From Lingula anatina (taxonomy: Eukaryota; Animalia; Brachiopoda): a stretch of DNA of 64,000 nucleotides. Shown piece after piece: positions 15,201 to 29,300 of this stretch (its first letter is position 1; the number at the start of each line of letters is the position of its first letter). The translations under genes and the position numbers were made by a program. The notes beneath the pieces were generated by a model. The model was not told the DNA's origin. It searched no databases and was given only the letters and a program-made list of their open reading frames with translations. The stretch spans positions 3,844,001 through 3,908,000 of the forward strand of contig CM120642.1 of the NCBI GenBank assembly GCA_051362555.1, written 5' to 3'.

Positions 15201-18200
15201 ATATATTACCCACATTCTGTGCAAAAATATGGTCAGAAGTTATTAAACAATAATGATGATAACAAGTGTTCATATGAAATGTGTCACTGCACAAGTGAAT
15301 CATCAGTCATCAATATGTGATCTACCTGTAGGTTCAGCACATGGAGAAGCTGCAGTTGCGTATTGTGCTTGGTGAGATTCACAACCATTGCATTAGAGGT
15401 GACATAGCCTATTGCAAGAACACAATGACTTAGCTGATAGCCGTCTATCAGGTATCTTTAGCCACACTGTAAGTTATCAAGTCTTTTCATATTAGACAAT
15501 AAATAATCTGTTTAGTAATTTGCTTCATTGGTGCAAAAGGCAATGCATCATTATTGCTGTTATCATGGAAATGATGATAACAAGAAAAACTCCTGTTATC
15601 TCCAGCTTCCTGAGAAAAGTTCCATTGACTTTGAACTACACCTAAAATAGGTGTAATGTGTTCAAACTCAGATAATATCACCAAAACACTTCCTATATAT
15701 CTACAATATATTTGAAGTTCTTAATGCTTCTAAGGAAATTAATTTGAAAAGACAGATGATTATAGAACCAATTTATGGAAGAAAAAAGCGTAGGGGCATT
15801 ATCTGAAGTGATAGATGACTTTATTGATACAGGTTTGATTGGGTTTCTACAAGGCTCTGTGACAGTGGACATATCTCACTGCAAGGTTCCCAGTTATTTT
15901 ATTGTGTTAAATACCTACACCAGAGTGCATTGTATTGGGCTTGCAATAAATATCATGTTTTGATGATTGGTCAGGAATGCCTGACTATGAGCATCTCACG
16001 CTATAGCCAGAGGGTCAGCGCGGACAAGATTGCTATAAATTGTCCACATTCCTCAGACTGGGAGACCCTATAAATTAGTAACTCTGAAGAGCTGGGGCAG
16101 ACAAGAGACAAGATTTTGACAAAGAGGCCTGAACTGTTTCTCACAATCTCACAATTCAAATGTGACCGGTAAATTTAATCAGACCCAATCCAATAAAACC
16201 TCTCTTTGTATGTCACAACAAAATTAAATACTTTGAAATGAAATTAAGCTGCAATGAGTGATGGCCAAATGTGACCAGCACAGCCCACATACTGGTTGGT
16301 CACTCTTGTGTCCACTACCCATGTGACATAACGGCCATGTGTATGCATACCATATACTGCTATTACATGTTGGTCATCTACTCATTGGGTCATTGAGTCC
16401 ATGCTTGGAATTGCAATTGAAATATTTGACAAAGACAAAAAAAAATTCATTTGCTATAAAAAGGCTCAGAAAATGTATGATTTCTTGGTAAAGTTACTTT
16501 AAACCCAAAACCTAAATTTATCAATGAACTTGATTCAAGCTCATGTTCAGGTGAACTGAGAGATAAAATGATAAATGTCTCTTTAACAGTGGTCAGCTGG
16601 ACAGGTGGGAGATTACCTGGACCATCCATTCATTACTCCCACCTGTCCACTATCAAGATGGAATAAATTATGACTTTTCTTATCAAACTGGTGACAGAAT
16701 CCCATCCCTTCCTTCAACAGTAAACCTGACTGTTTCACACTGTTCTATCTGTACTGGTCAGTTCTCTTATCTATCACCCCCATAGGTTGACTTCCTATGA
16801 TACAACTTAATGACATCCTGCCAAAATTTGTATATTATGAAAGTTAGTGGAGTTACTATGGGTATCAAGATTGGAAAAATATTTATGTATAAAAAAACGA
16901 GAAAAACCACCTGAGATCTGCTTCAGCATTTAAAAAATATGCTTATAGCACAGAACATTTATTTTACACTTCAAAGGAATTTTGCATTCCATTTCATAAT
17001 TACATGGCAGAGATTTACCCCCATTTCAATTTAATGAAAAACAAAGGATTTCATATCTGTACAACTCCAAATACTGGTACAAAAGTATGTAAAGCAATGG
17101 GCCTGGTGGCAGAACAGTTGTCTATGAGCAATGTAGGTAAATTTTTGGGCTTTTAAAAACATGGGAGATTATGAACAGATCCTACAGGCAAATATATAAC
17201 CTTCAGATCAGTCAACAAATATGCCACTCCATCTGTTAAGAAAGAAAATAATTTCATCACGCCTGAATAAATACACATATGAAATTGATGATCCGCCATT
17301 GCGTCTAACAGCACACATGATTCTCCTTTATTTTTTTTTCGACCATCAGTTCCCTTTGATTTTCAGCATTATTGACAAAAAATATCAATAATTATGCAAG
17401 ATTATTTAATCTACCTTTGAATAAGATTCACAATTGCCAACTTTATCCCTTGTCACCGCAAGAAATTATGTGGTTATCGATCAGAGCAAAAACTTTCTTT
17501 TCTTGCCATATTTGTGAAGAGGCACAAATAACATTATAACAACAGATTTCCCCAATATAAGTACTTTTCTGTTGGTAATCCTCCAAATAAACATCCCTAG
17601 CTGCTGATTCTGGCCAAATTAGACTGGCATCCCTCTCTGTCTAGGTGGTCTCGTTACTACCTGTGGTTCTAGGCACCCGACCCAAGTGATACACAACAAC
17701 AACAGACCTGATGCAGAACTGTGCAGACGTACTTTGTTGTTTTCTCAAGTCTTGGACAATAACAGAAACGGCACAAGGATTGCTGCACAATTTTATCTCC
17801 GGATGTTCTGCATATACCGTTTACTGTCTAGTTTCGTTGACTTAATAAAAAAAGAAACAAAGAAAACATCAGGAAAGGTTTCATCTTTTATGTAATTCCA
17901 GTTCCCTGTATATTTCAGCTCTACCCCCCACATCCTGTATCACCCAGGGCACACGCCTCCTGTGGCAGACCAAACACAAAACCAACCATGACTCCTTCTA
18001 GACCATTGCTCCAATGTTCCCTTAACCACCCATGCCAAGGGCCCTGATATCAATCAATACATCACAATACATGGATTATCCAATGATCCTCATCCAAAAC
18101 AGTGGGTATAGTTCATGTGGCCCTGGATGTGTATAATTAAGAAGGATTTGACACTGATCAGCTCCAGAACAAGTACCTTGCTCTGATGTAATGCTATGTA

Positions 18201-18941
18201 TACAGGTGACTGAAGAAGGGATTTCAGGGGCTCTTCAACTCCCTAATCCACAGATCAGTTGACTAATTGCTCTGCAGGGAGATATGGGGGATGGTATATC
18301 TATTCCAAGATACTTCTAATTCAATACATCATACAGGTTTACTGAGGCTTTTCTTTTCTTTACTTGATTTCTTTTCTATGTTTAATTTCTTTTTAATCAC
18401 AAGAATAGCTAAAAAATTCTGGGAAATTCTATAAATTTAATTTTTATCTACCCTACTTTAAAGTTTTGCTTTATTTTTGTCAAAAAATACTTCACAATTA
18501 TGGTAAGAAAAAAAATCATGCCGGCTTAATATAACATCACAGGGCCTTTGAATCCACAAAAAATAACAAGAGTGTTTCAAGCCAAAATTTGAGAAATTCA
18601 TCGTGGATTCTTTTTAGACTTCCAATACTTTTGTAAGATAAAATCCCATATCAGCTACATTCCCCATTTACTGTTTTTTTCTATGAGTATGATACCAAAA
18701 ATCAAACAAAAAAGATTTAATACTTTCAGTCCCCATGAAATAGAGACATTTGATAGCCAACATTTTCATTCCACTGGTAAGTTATAGTTTTTACCGCAAT
18801 TACTTTTTGATTTAATGCCATTGGATAATGTTGTTTGATCTGATAAAAGTAATGGTTTATTCCAGCTATGTTATCAAGTGTGACTGGCTGGCGTTAAGCT
18901 CTCCATACAAGATATCATTCAGGATAATAAATGCCTGAGTG

Positions 18942-18944
<3 letters not shown>

Positions 18945-19038
<94 letters not shown>
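18945..19038. repeat. Compound microsatellite (CT)n(CA)n
   Basis: Directly visible. Confidence 0.97.
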
Positions 19039-19039
<1 letters not shown>

Positions 19040-20934
19040 TCTCCTGCACAAAGAAAGCATATCCCTACTGAGGAGATCTGTTTTGCCCTGCAAAAGAAAT
19101 CCAGTTTAACTCTCTCTTTTTCTTTCGTTTTAGTGAGTTTCTCTTTTTCTCTCGAGATTACTTCCTAGATTGCCTCCTAGCTCATTTCAAAATTATTAGC
19201 TAAAGATCTCACCTATGAATGCACATGCCTGCCCTTACATAACATTGTGCAGTATATCAAGATGCCTCAGAGGTCGAGCAATATTTCATCTACAAACTAT
19301 CAGACTCACTCAAAAAGCTACAATTAGCAATTCAGATTACACCGCCCTGGCACAGGTGAGAGGAAATGTGTAAAATGGAGAAATATGGGGGGACGGTTAT
19401 CAAAATTATTCAAGGGTTTCAAGGAGTGTGCCTTTTGAGATCCCAAATCCATATTTCTCAGCAGATGTTTTCTTGTCTTTTCAATCATCATATTTTGTGG
19501 CTGCAAACAGCTTTAGATCTTGTCTTATCGCCTATTTGACATTTATGCAACTTGCAACACACGTAAGTGGTATCTGGACTCGCATCTCTGTATTTCTGTT
19601 CACGTCCTTCAAACTTCAGTTTTCTTTTTATCTAGACACACATTAAGCATTCCTCAGTTTGAGGTTTCATTTGCACTTTTATGTATCATGTTTAAACAAT
19701 GCAGCTTTATTCCTAATTTATCTGCCATCAAATTCAGATATTTAATTAATCATTCAAATTTTGACCAGAACTTTTCAAGGTCACATCTGTTTACAGACAT
19801 ATCAATTAAGCTCTGTAAATTTCCCCCCTTAAATTAACTTTTGTGAAGAATCATGTCTGCAATGTCTCCCATTAAATTGTCTTTTTTTTCCTTATCAAAG
19901 GTAACATGACAGTTAACCTGAGGAGCCAGCCCCCCACCCGCCACCAAATATCAAATAGAAAGAGCCCATAATTGGTTCCCATTCAAGAATGCATCATAAA
20001 TATTCTGGTTTCTAAAATAGCAGACGTCAACCCTGCAATTCTGTCACATACATTTTCATTTTTCCATGATATAATCTTTTTTGCCATCCAATTTTTCAAA
20101 CTTAAGTGCGGTAGTATATCTGATATAACAAAACACAGCTATTATCCCATATTGTTTATCTTTCAGAATCTAAAAGTCTATTAAACTGTGTCATCACTCC
20201 AATGGTGGATAAATCTACCTGTTCTCCTCCCTGACAGGTAAGTGGGGAACATTGTCATAGATAGCAAAAACAAACAGTCTAATCTACAGACACACTTCAG
20301 ACTTCGGCAACCATTTGTGTGCTGTTGTCAAGGATGTAGAATTTTGTTTGAGGAATCGAGTGAAGAAACGTGTCGCACGAGCCGCTGAACAAAGATAACT
20401 CAGTACTTGCCACCACGCTGGAGTTCCTGCCAATACAACTCGCAGTAATGACCCATAAAAAAGCATTGTAAAGATGGAACATTTTGTTCCCATGTCAAAC
20501 AAATAAAGTAAATATTTTAGTCTCTAAAAAGGTCCATCTCTGGAGAGAAAAGATCAATTCTTGCGCCTATTATTTCTAATGACACCCTTGAATTTCTATT
20601 GCAATTTCATACCTGCAGCAGATGAAGTGAACCAAACAGACATTTACAAATTACAAACCAGATGAACTTGATCAGGACTTCCTATGAAGGAAATCGAACA
20701 GCTAAGCACGCTAACAGCACTTTGTCCCCACTGTGGTATCATCTCATTAGTGGGATTCAGTCATGTGACACAACATGGAGAGTCTGCACCATATTTTATC
20801 ACCAGCTACACTTAAATAATAATAGCATTTCCAACTTATAGTTTTCATCATTATTATAGCCTTTATCAAAAAAACAAAAATTAAATTAAACTCTTTCTCT
20901 TAGATTCATTTTCTGTAGAAACCTAGGAATAATG

Positions 20935-21288
20935 CACTGTAAATAAAACACATCAAAATTCTACTAATACTAACCTATATTTTACTGAACAGTTTCTGTT
21001 ATTTAAAGAACAATTTTGTTCCTTAAAACATTTTTGTATATAATTACTAACAAACAGACTAATGTGTTTCCAAAAATTGTTGTCTTCCATCTGTCTTAAT
21101 ATTCAATATACAGTAAGCTGCTGCAACTACTCTACATAAACAAATCCTAGATCTTTTTCAAGTCTAAGCCACCTCCATAAAATTCAATTTGCGCATTCCT
21201 AACAAAGATATCTAAACCTGTCATAAAAGAGCATAAAAAAGGTTAGTTTACTTCTTATTGAACATCTGCTGGGTTCATTTTTACAGTG
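20935..21288. mobile_element. Decayed non-autonomous DNA transposon with CACTGTAAA termini (CMC/EnSpm-like)
   Basis: Starts CACTGTAAATAAAAC and ends GTTCATTTTTACAGTG (inverted termini). A related right end, CTGCTGGTAGTTTTTTTACAGTA, occurs at about 46883-46905. Confidence 0.5.
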
Positions 21289-22051
21289 CAGCCTGCCTAA
21301 AAACATGACTCAGAAACTTCTAAACATGGGCAGCCAAAAAACATACCAAAATCAGATTCACAAATCATGCCAATTCAACTTTTTTCAATTTCAGTAAATA
21401 TCAATTTGCAGGAGGAAAACTCAATTAGGTGACTACAATAATGCATAAAATTTCATCTGAGATGTTTTTCCCCTAATTTTTATTCAATGAATTCCGTATG
21501 TGTCCATTATACAAACAGTGGAGACAAAATTCAACATGACAAACAGCAGAGAGCATCTGGGGCACCAAAGGCACTTCATCAAATTTTTATGACCACCCCA
21601 AATCATAAAACTTTTAGGTGAATTAGGATTGGGATTAAGGCTGTCAGGCTGCATATTTTCCCCACACAGAAGTTGTAAATAAGTATGATGATCAGAGTCA
21701 AGAAGGCACATCACCTGCAAGGTACTATCAGCTGTGGTTTCTCCAGCCAAGGTTTCCAACAGGGATTCCTTCCAGTGTGTCTGCTGACATCAAACTTTAC
21801 CCTCAAGATCACCATTAATTTTGATCAACTTTACTTGATTCAAACTGTGTGATCTTTAGGTTTCGAGCCCTGCTCAGCACTTAGATTTTTAGGGATATGT
21901 TTGGGATATCAGTGTGGCAGTTTTAACCGGGTTTTCTGAAGTATGCTCAAGTTTTCATTTGTTTCATGACATGAGGTGATGTTTTGTGAAGAGCAAGAAC
22001 TGGTACAAGCAACTGGCACTTACTGGAATAAATATGTTCAACCTGCTTCTA

Positions 22052-22053
<2 letters not shown>

Positions 22054-22116
<63 letters not shown>

Positions 22117-22150
22117 CATACACACACATACACACACACACACACACACA
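22054..22150. repeat. (CA)n microsatellite, interrupted
   Basis: Directly visible. Confidence 0.97.
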
Positions 22151-22387
22151 TAGCAAGGCAGACAAACTTTTTCACCTTCTCTACAGATCTATTTTCTTCA
22201 TTATTTTGACAGTCTGTCACTGTGTCCTGCATCTGTTTTATTTTACCACAATCAACCCAGTAAACTCATGGCAACCATGTGTCCAAAAAGTGAGAAAACA
22301 ATTGAAACCAAGTCAACCTCTGGCTCTCAATGTGGAAAAGGTTGTTCTGCTCAATCACAAATACAGGGGCAAAACAAATATGGTTCC

Positions 22388-22618
22388 AGGGACAGGTTTC
22401 ACAAAAATACTGAAGGCGGAAAGTTGGTCATCACTTTACCAGAAGAAAATTTGGTCTATCAATATTCTGGAAAATGTAAAACAACCATTGATTAAACATT
22501 TCTTTCTTTCCATAAAACAGGAGCAAAATTCTATTTAAAAAGACTACTATAGATTGACTTCTTTACAGACTTAAAGTTCAGACCAACATTCAACCAAAAT
22601 TGTTTGGAAAAAAAATCT
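22388..22618. mobile_element. Decayed MITE remnant (PIF/Harbinger-like termini)
   Basis: The left arm GGTTTCACAAAAATACTGAAGGCGGAAAGTTGGTC has a degenerate inverted counterpart GACCAACATTCAACCAAAATTGTTTGGAAAA. A similar left arm, GGGCCCAGGTTTCACAGAAG...AATTGGTC, lies at about 26676-26718. Confidence 0.4.
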
Positions 22619-25600
22619 CAAAAACCTCAAGCATTTTTGAAGACTATCTTTTGATAGCCAACAACATAAGTGGTGACATTCATCACCATGTTTAAAAATG
22701 TTGTAAGTCTGTCCAAACTATGGCTACTATTTGATTGACTGATAAAAAAGAATTCAAGATCAAATTTCCAGCTCATTCTAGATTCCCTGGAATGGAATCA
22801 GAGAGATGTGGAACAAGAAGAAAGGAAAACAAGCCCAAGACCAAAGCAATAAATTAAAATACGTAAACTGCAAATGTTTGAGTGGTTGCCCTTTTCAAAC
22901 GATGGCTGGCCAAAGCGCACAAGACCTAATAAGGCATCCAGCAGATAAAAATCATGCCATAGATGAAGATTCCTTTCAGTTGCATAAGTTTACCTTTGAT
23001 ATCTGACTCACTTCACAAAGAAATGGGGGGCAGCATAAATTGTCTGATTTTTCCCCATCAACCAATAAATGTGACACTTTATGGAGTTGGCGAAATATTT
23101 GTGGCATGTAAACCACATTTCTCTGGCAGTGATCAGAGTTCAGAAATGATAGAACATGTCAATGGCGGACAGCTGAATGTTCACACAACAGCTGAGCAGA
23201 GCACTATGACAATAGAAAGGCTGTTTTACCAGCAACATTTCCAACAGGCCTTAAAATTTTGAGATTGTGTTTGCCAAGTAGGGGTTTACTTTGACCAATA
23301 AAAAACTTTCCTATTTTCATGGATCAATCGCACCAATTATTTTTCAAATTTACAAAAATCCCATTATACCACAGCTGCACCTATGAGAAATGTTTCAGTG
23401 CTTTAGAATTATGGGATGTATTAAATCCATGGTGGTCCTTTCAACCAGTCAGAGGAGAAAATCAAATTTGACAAAAAATTAAAAATGAGGAGGGAAAACG
23501 GCCGCTGAGGTCAGAAGTACAGGTGCCATGCAGTGGATCATAACCGCCAGGTAGAAACATTTTACATGTTCAGACAAAGACAAACTCTTGTGCTGGCTTT
23601 ATTCTGTGGAAGAGAGGATAACTTAATTACACTGGCATTTCATTCAGTTACTAAAGTGATTCTTGAAATAAAAAGTTATTTTTCACTTTAGGAATTGGTG
23701 TTTTACTTGTCCCCCACCTCCTGCCAATCCTTCTGAAACTCAACCTCAAGGCTCCTTACACTGACCAATCAAATCGAAGATTTCAAAGAGGATTGTCTGC
23801 AAGGGAGGGAGAAGTAGACATCAGAACCATCTTCTTCTATAAATTAAGGCTAAAAACTCTTTTTTTCAAACCTGACTCAATGTGGCATGAGACCAACAAT
23901 CGTAAAGATTAAATTGTCGTCTGCAGAAGTGAATCAGTCAAGTATCTGGTCCATACTGGTCTGTAAAAACTGCAGGAATAAAAAACACCAGCCGAGATAA
24001 GATAGCAAATGTGCTTGTAAATATGTATAAATATATCCAGTGGTAAGTTTAGAGAGCTAATTGTATGAAATGCCAGAGTAATGAAGTTATCCCGTCTTCC
24101 AGGGAATGAAACTGGCATTTAGACCAGGATGCTATTCCTGCACTGTGCAAACAGAGAGTGTTAAGAAAACACCCAGAGACTTCTGTGAACACAACACTAC
24201 TACGTATAGAGAACATAGGTATGAAAAAAGAGTACCCAATGTGCAGAGACTGTGCACTGTACATGCAACGTAACTAAACTAGTTTGTACTATATGAATTC
24301 AGAGGGCAATGACACATGTTAGAACAAGCTTGCCTCAGAAACTTCTGCAATGATGAGTTTTTTCAAACTGATTTTATTTTCACAACTGAATCATTTTTTT
24401 CCTCCATATCACAGAGGCTGGCATTAGAGGCATCCTCACGCAATCACACCTCTTTTTTCCATACAAAGTCAGTTACATACATATCTATGCTCAGCTGCTA
24501 AAGTATCAGCCTCAAAAAGTCATGAATGAAAAGCTCCATTAGTTTTATATTAACATTAACTACGAGGTAATTAAGCCCTAGGCAAGAAACATTAAAACTC
24601 CACAACTCATGTTTTGTTCTTAATCTCTTGTATTCTTGATACAGGAGACCACACTGTGATTTCACATCCTTGAGAAGGCAGTTGAGGAAAAAAATGAAAT
24701 TGGAGACTTTGTATGAAATAGCTAGCTCATTAATTGTTTTTCAGCATATAACAGGTAATAGTGGCCATTAATGATGAGCTCTTCCTGTGACTCACACAGT
24801 CTGTCTGATATAAAAAACCTTTTTTTAACTATTTTGGTAATATATCATACCCTCCTCAGAATAAAGATTTTATTGATTTTTCTGTTTTACATTTCAACAT
24901 AATTCTCCATTCTTCTCTCTCTTCTATTCTTGTCTCTAGTATGTTCCTCCCCATCTTTTTTTATCTTCTGTTCCCTAATCTCTCTTTTCTTTTTGCTCTC
25001 TCCTTCTCTCTCTTTCTCTCCCTCTCTCTGTCCTTGAACAGACACAAGCCTACATAACCTAGTCCACAGTCTATCCACAGGATTCCTCCAGTGCTACAGA
25101 AGAGTGTAAGGTCTAAGGAAGGTTACATTTGACACACTGCTGCAGGTGGTGTGTACAGCATCTCTCCATGTCTCTGGGATATGGAAGGAAATGCCACTCT
25201 GACAACAATCTGGTCCTGCATCACATAACAACCCTGTACATACAACTGTTTATGTGTTCCCTATGTGTTCACCATTGTCTCTAAGAAAATGGTGTCCTGG
25301 ATTTATCCATCTCTCTCTCCTCCTCCTTTTTCTCCTCCCATCCTGTGTTTGATAATGAGACAGGAAATAAGGGCTTCCTTCCTTTTCTCAGGTAGAAGAT
25401 AAATCTTTATCAGTTTGGAATGACATCTTCAGCGTGAATCCTTTTTTTCAGAAGTTTTCATGGTGGCATCAACATGTAGCATACATTAATGGAATCGGTG
25501 ATCAGAAGTATTTTCTTTTTAATTTGCCCCAACTCAAACGACTGTGTAACTAGATTTCAATGACTATGATTTTTTTTGACTGAAAAGCTCAATATTTTTC

Positions 25601-25770
25601 AATCTTTTCAGCCCAATCAACAAGATAGCAGTACAAGATGACACCTTTGGAGCTGTCATCAGAAAAAAAATGTAGTGATAAAATTTTAAAAAGTGTAGCA
25701 GAGCATAATCTCGTGATGGCAATCTCCGTGGCCAGTCAACTGGAACCTTAGTAGTAGTACATATACATAA

Positions 25771-26315
25771 GAGCGCATTCTCAACGAATTAAGCCAGGCT
25801 TTACAAAGCCGATGACCTAAAAATGGCGGACGTACATGAAAGAAAAACCGCCTAATCTTTTAATAGTCTCTCCGCCTCTCACACGCCTCCCCACACGTCG
25901 TCCCTGCGGGGTACAGTAATTAAATCTCGGCTCCGAACATTAATATTTCCGTGAATATCTCTGGTGATATTATCTCCGTAGATAGAAGATTCATTGCTGC
26001 TCTACGGGCCAAATTATTCCTTTTTCGTCTCTGTTTTCAAAGATAATAGAACAGAGAGCTTTTTTCCTCCGATCGCCTTCAGCTGCCATGCTTTCTTCAC
26101 CACGAGTTTAACTGATGAGCATGCGCACTTAATATTTCTCAGGTAGCTTCCGCATGGCGAACGGAGACGCGATTTAATTACTGTACCCCGCAGGGACGAC
26201 GTGTGGGGAGGCGGCGAGACTATTAAAAGATTAGGCGGTTTTTCTTTCATGTACGTCCGCCATTTTTAGGTCACCGGCTTTGTAAAGCCTGGCTTAATTC
26301 GTTGAGAATCCGCTC
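25771..26315. mobile_element. Intact MITE, PIF/Harbinger (Tourist-like), 545 bp with long TIRs
   Basis: Near-perfect terminal inverted repeats of about 155-165 bp (GAGCGCATTCTCAACGAATTAAGCCAGGC... / ...GCCTGGCTTAATTCGTTGAGAATCCGCTC). A 3-bp TAA target-site duplication flanks it (25768-25770 and 26316-26318). No transposase ORF. Confidence 0.92.
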
Positions 26316-29300
26316 TAAGAGACTGTTACTACCCACTGGACATCAAAGCCCATGTCCTATCTCTGATCAACTATCTATAATCTGACCACTGAACAAGCTT
26401 GGGGGAACACAGTAAATGGCTCAATCCATTTTATCACCCAAATCTCTCCACACTGACCAGGACAAGATACATAAAACATGAGATGAGTGAGCTGTCCACT
26501 TAGCAGCAGGACCTTTACAAGATCTCAGATGACCAGGAGGATTGATAACATTTGACCACGCTGATAGAGGCTGTAAATTATACACTTAAATCCCCTTAAC
26601 TAAGGAGGTGTTATGTGGGATAAGAGTTAAAGAGCTGCTCTGTGTAATTTTAATCCCTGCCCATTACATAGTTGGGGGCCCAGGTTTCACAGAAGAAAAT
26701 AAGATAAAAAATTGGTCTAAACCTTCAGCCCACTTCCACCCAAGACAATTCTGTAATAGTCAGATGAAAGTGAAATAATAAGCTTTAAATAACATGAAGA
26801 CACCAATATCGATTTATACCAAATACTGTTCTCCAACAGACAACTGCAGACTTATCCTGAATTGCATTAAAATTTTGAAAAATTTTGTACGATAGTTTAA
26901 TCGAAATTTCGGCTGAATATGGCCTATTAAAGCAAGGGGATCAGAAACAACAGCCTATCTCTGCCTCATCAGTACTTTATAACTGGGGTGGAGCGGGCAG
27001 TTTACTGAGATAAGGAAATATTCCCACACTAGATACATTTGTGTACTTCATCCTCTATAAAAGTTCTGAGTTACATAACACCACCTATAATAATCATTAT
27101 GAATGTAGATGTTACATGCAGATAATTATCTCAAAATATCCTTCTGGAAATTTTATCAATTAAAATTGGTGGGATAATGGCCAGGAATCAATTTTATGGA
27201 TATTAGCAGTAGAATTTATATGTAACTTTAATTACTGTTATGGAATTACACTCTCATCAGTTAAATTGTGGTATTTTTACAACTGGTAATTGATAAACTG
27301 AATATTTTCACACTGTACAACACTCAAACATTTTAAACAAGATTAGATTACCACCAGAATTTAATTCATTATTATTTGAAATCCAGTGATAAACAACTCA
27401 ATAAAAATCTTAGACTCCTGATCATGTTGCTCCTACACTGCAAGTGGTTAATAAAACCTCATTTTTTTCAGGTGTTGAACATCAGTGGACAACCTGTCTA
27501 CCTTGACCATCATTTAAACACCTCTACTTTTTAAATAGTACTTTGTCCCCCTTTTAATGACTTAATCCATGCATCTGTATGGGAGGTCATGTTAAATGTC
27601 CATGCTTGGGGCCAAGTCACAAGTTATGTGACAGTCTTCAGAGGGCACAAATACATTCCTGCATGTTATTCCCTACTACCTAACTTAATGATCCACATAC
27701 ACCACACTGTCCTCTGCACACACTGTGGTCAAATAAATCCATTTTCTAGATTATTTTCTGGGTTATCTATTCAGTGATAAAATATCATAACCTTTGAAAT
27801 GTTATAGAAAGGTTATAAATTTGTCTGGAAAGCATGTTTTATTTCCAGGATAAATCTTTACATAAAAAAGGGGATCTTTTTCCACAACATATCAGCTGAA
27901 GCTAGTGAAAAATACCTTCACTGTGATTCCAATCACAATGACGTAACTTCACATTTTTTAAAAATTTGAACAAAAAAGAAAGAGAAGGCTATTAAAATGC
28001 TAGACTGACCATTAACCCTTTCCTCTAATTAACATGGTCAGTTGAAATGATAAGCTGGTGAAAGACAAACCTATCAGGTAAACTGACCCTCAATCACCAC
28101 AGCCAGCTAGGAAACATGTAGTCAATCAGGAGGTGGGCGGCTGATTACTCTGGACAGTGATGGATACTCTGCTGACCAGTACATTCTTGTCAACATTCCA
28201 TACTCTCTCTTTCTCTCTCTCTTTATCCTGTCATACATACGTTCTCTCTACATTCCGATAGCAAGCAATCACTAGTGCAAAACATATGTATCTCAACAGC
28301 AGATTCTGTATTGTACATACACACTCTAGTAAAACAAAACAAGCTTCCTAACAAACATTTCTCTGTTATACATTGTGCATATGGAAACCACTTCACCATA
28401 CAAACAAGTGCAGTTAATCCAAACAATACAAAAGTTACTTACCTAGTTCAAAAGCTTGACCCTGGCTGGATAGGAAAATGACCAGCAGTAAAAATGATAC
28501 AATCCACTGTGTTTTCTGAAATCCCCCTTCCTTGCACATTTTGAAAGTTCTTGAAAAGTTCCTTGGCATTTTTAATAATCTCAGATATTCTCAGTGTAGT
28601 AAAATTTCTTGGGTTTCCTCTTCATTCATTGATGAGTAAGTGAATAAGTCCTCAGTTTGTGAAAACGATGATGTGAGATATCTGCTGCTTTTCCATACCT
28701 TGTGAGAAGCCTCAGTGATCCTCAGAGATTGAATCTGAAAGTAGAATGAGAAAACAGAGCTGGTGAGAGGAGACCACTTAGACTTGTCCGCCACCAGGGG
28801 AGTACAGGTGCCATATTGAGGCTATCAGGCGGAGGATGGGAGAGTCCATTAACACTTAAATATACCATTGATTTCCCTGATGTTTGGACAGTGATCCCGG
28901 TTAACTGTTTTACCTGGTATTTAATGAAACAATACAAGAAGATAGCAGAGACAATATTTTGGAGCAGGGGTTCAGAAATACAGCTGGACTTTCCCAACCA
29001 ACACTCCCCTGCCCTCAGGAAGTCTCTATGGGCAACAGGGGATGTTTGGAAAGATATGTGACTGTGAAATACCATAATTACAGGTTGTCAGCAGTGCCCA
29101 TTGAGGAATCCACAAATAAACTCCTGGCTAGATAGCCAGAGGGCAGTTAATCAGTCCCCACTGGTGATGTAATCAGCATAGGATAAACTCATGTCCTTAA
29201 AGTAGAGGTACAATACAATGTAACCATTAGCCTATTATACCTGTATATCAATTTTAAGGGCCAGGAAGCCCTTTAATTCATGCAAGAGGTATATATCATG

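Noticed and set aside
10629-26394. Exact 15-mer ATCTGACCACTGAAC at 10629 and 26380
   Set aside because: A few 15-mer matches are expected by chance among all position pairs in 64 kb, and there is no extended homology.
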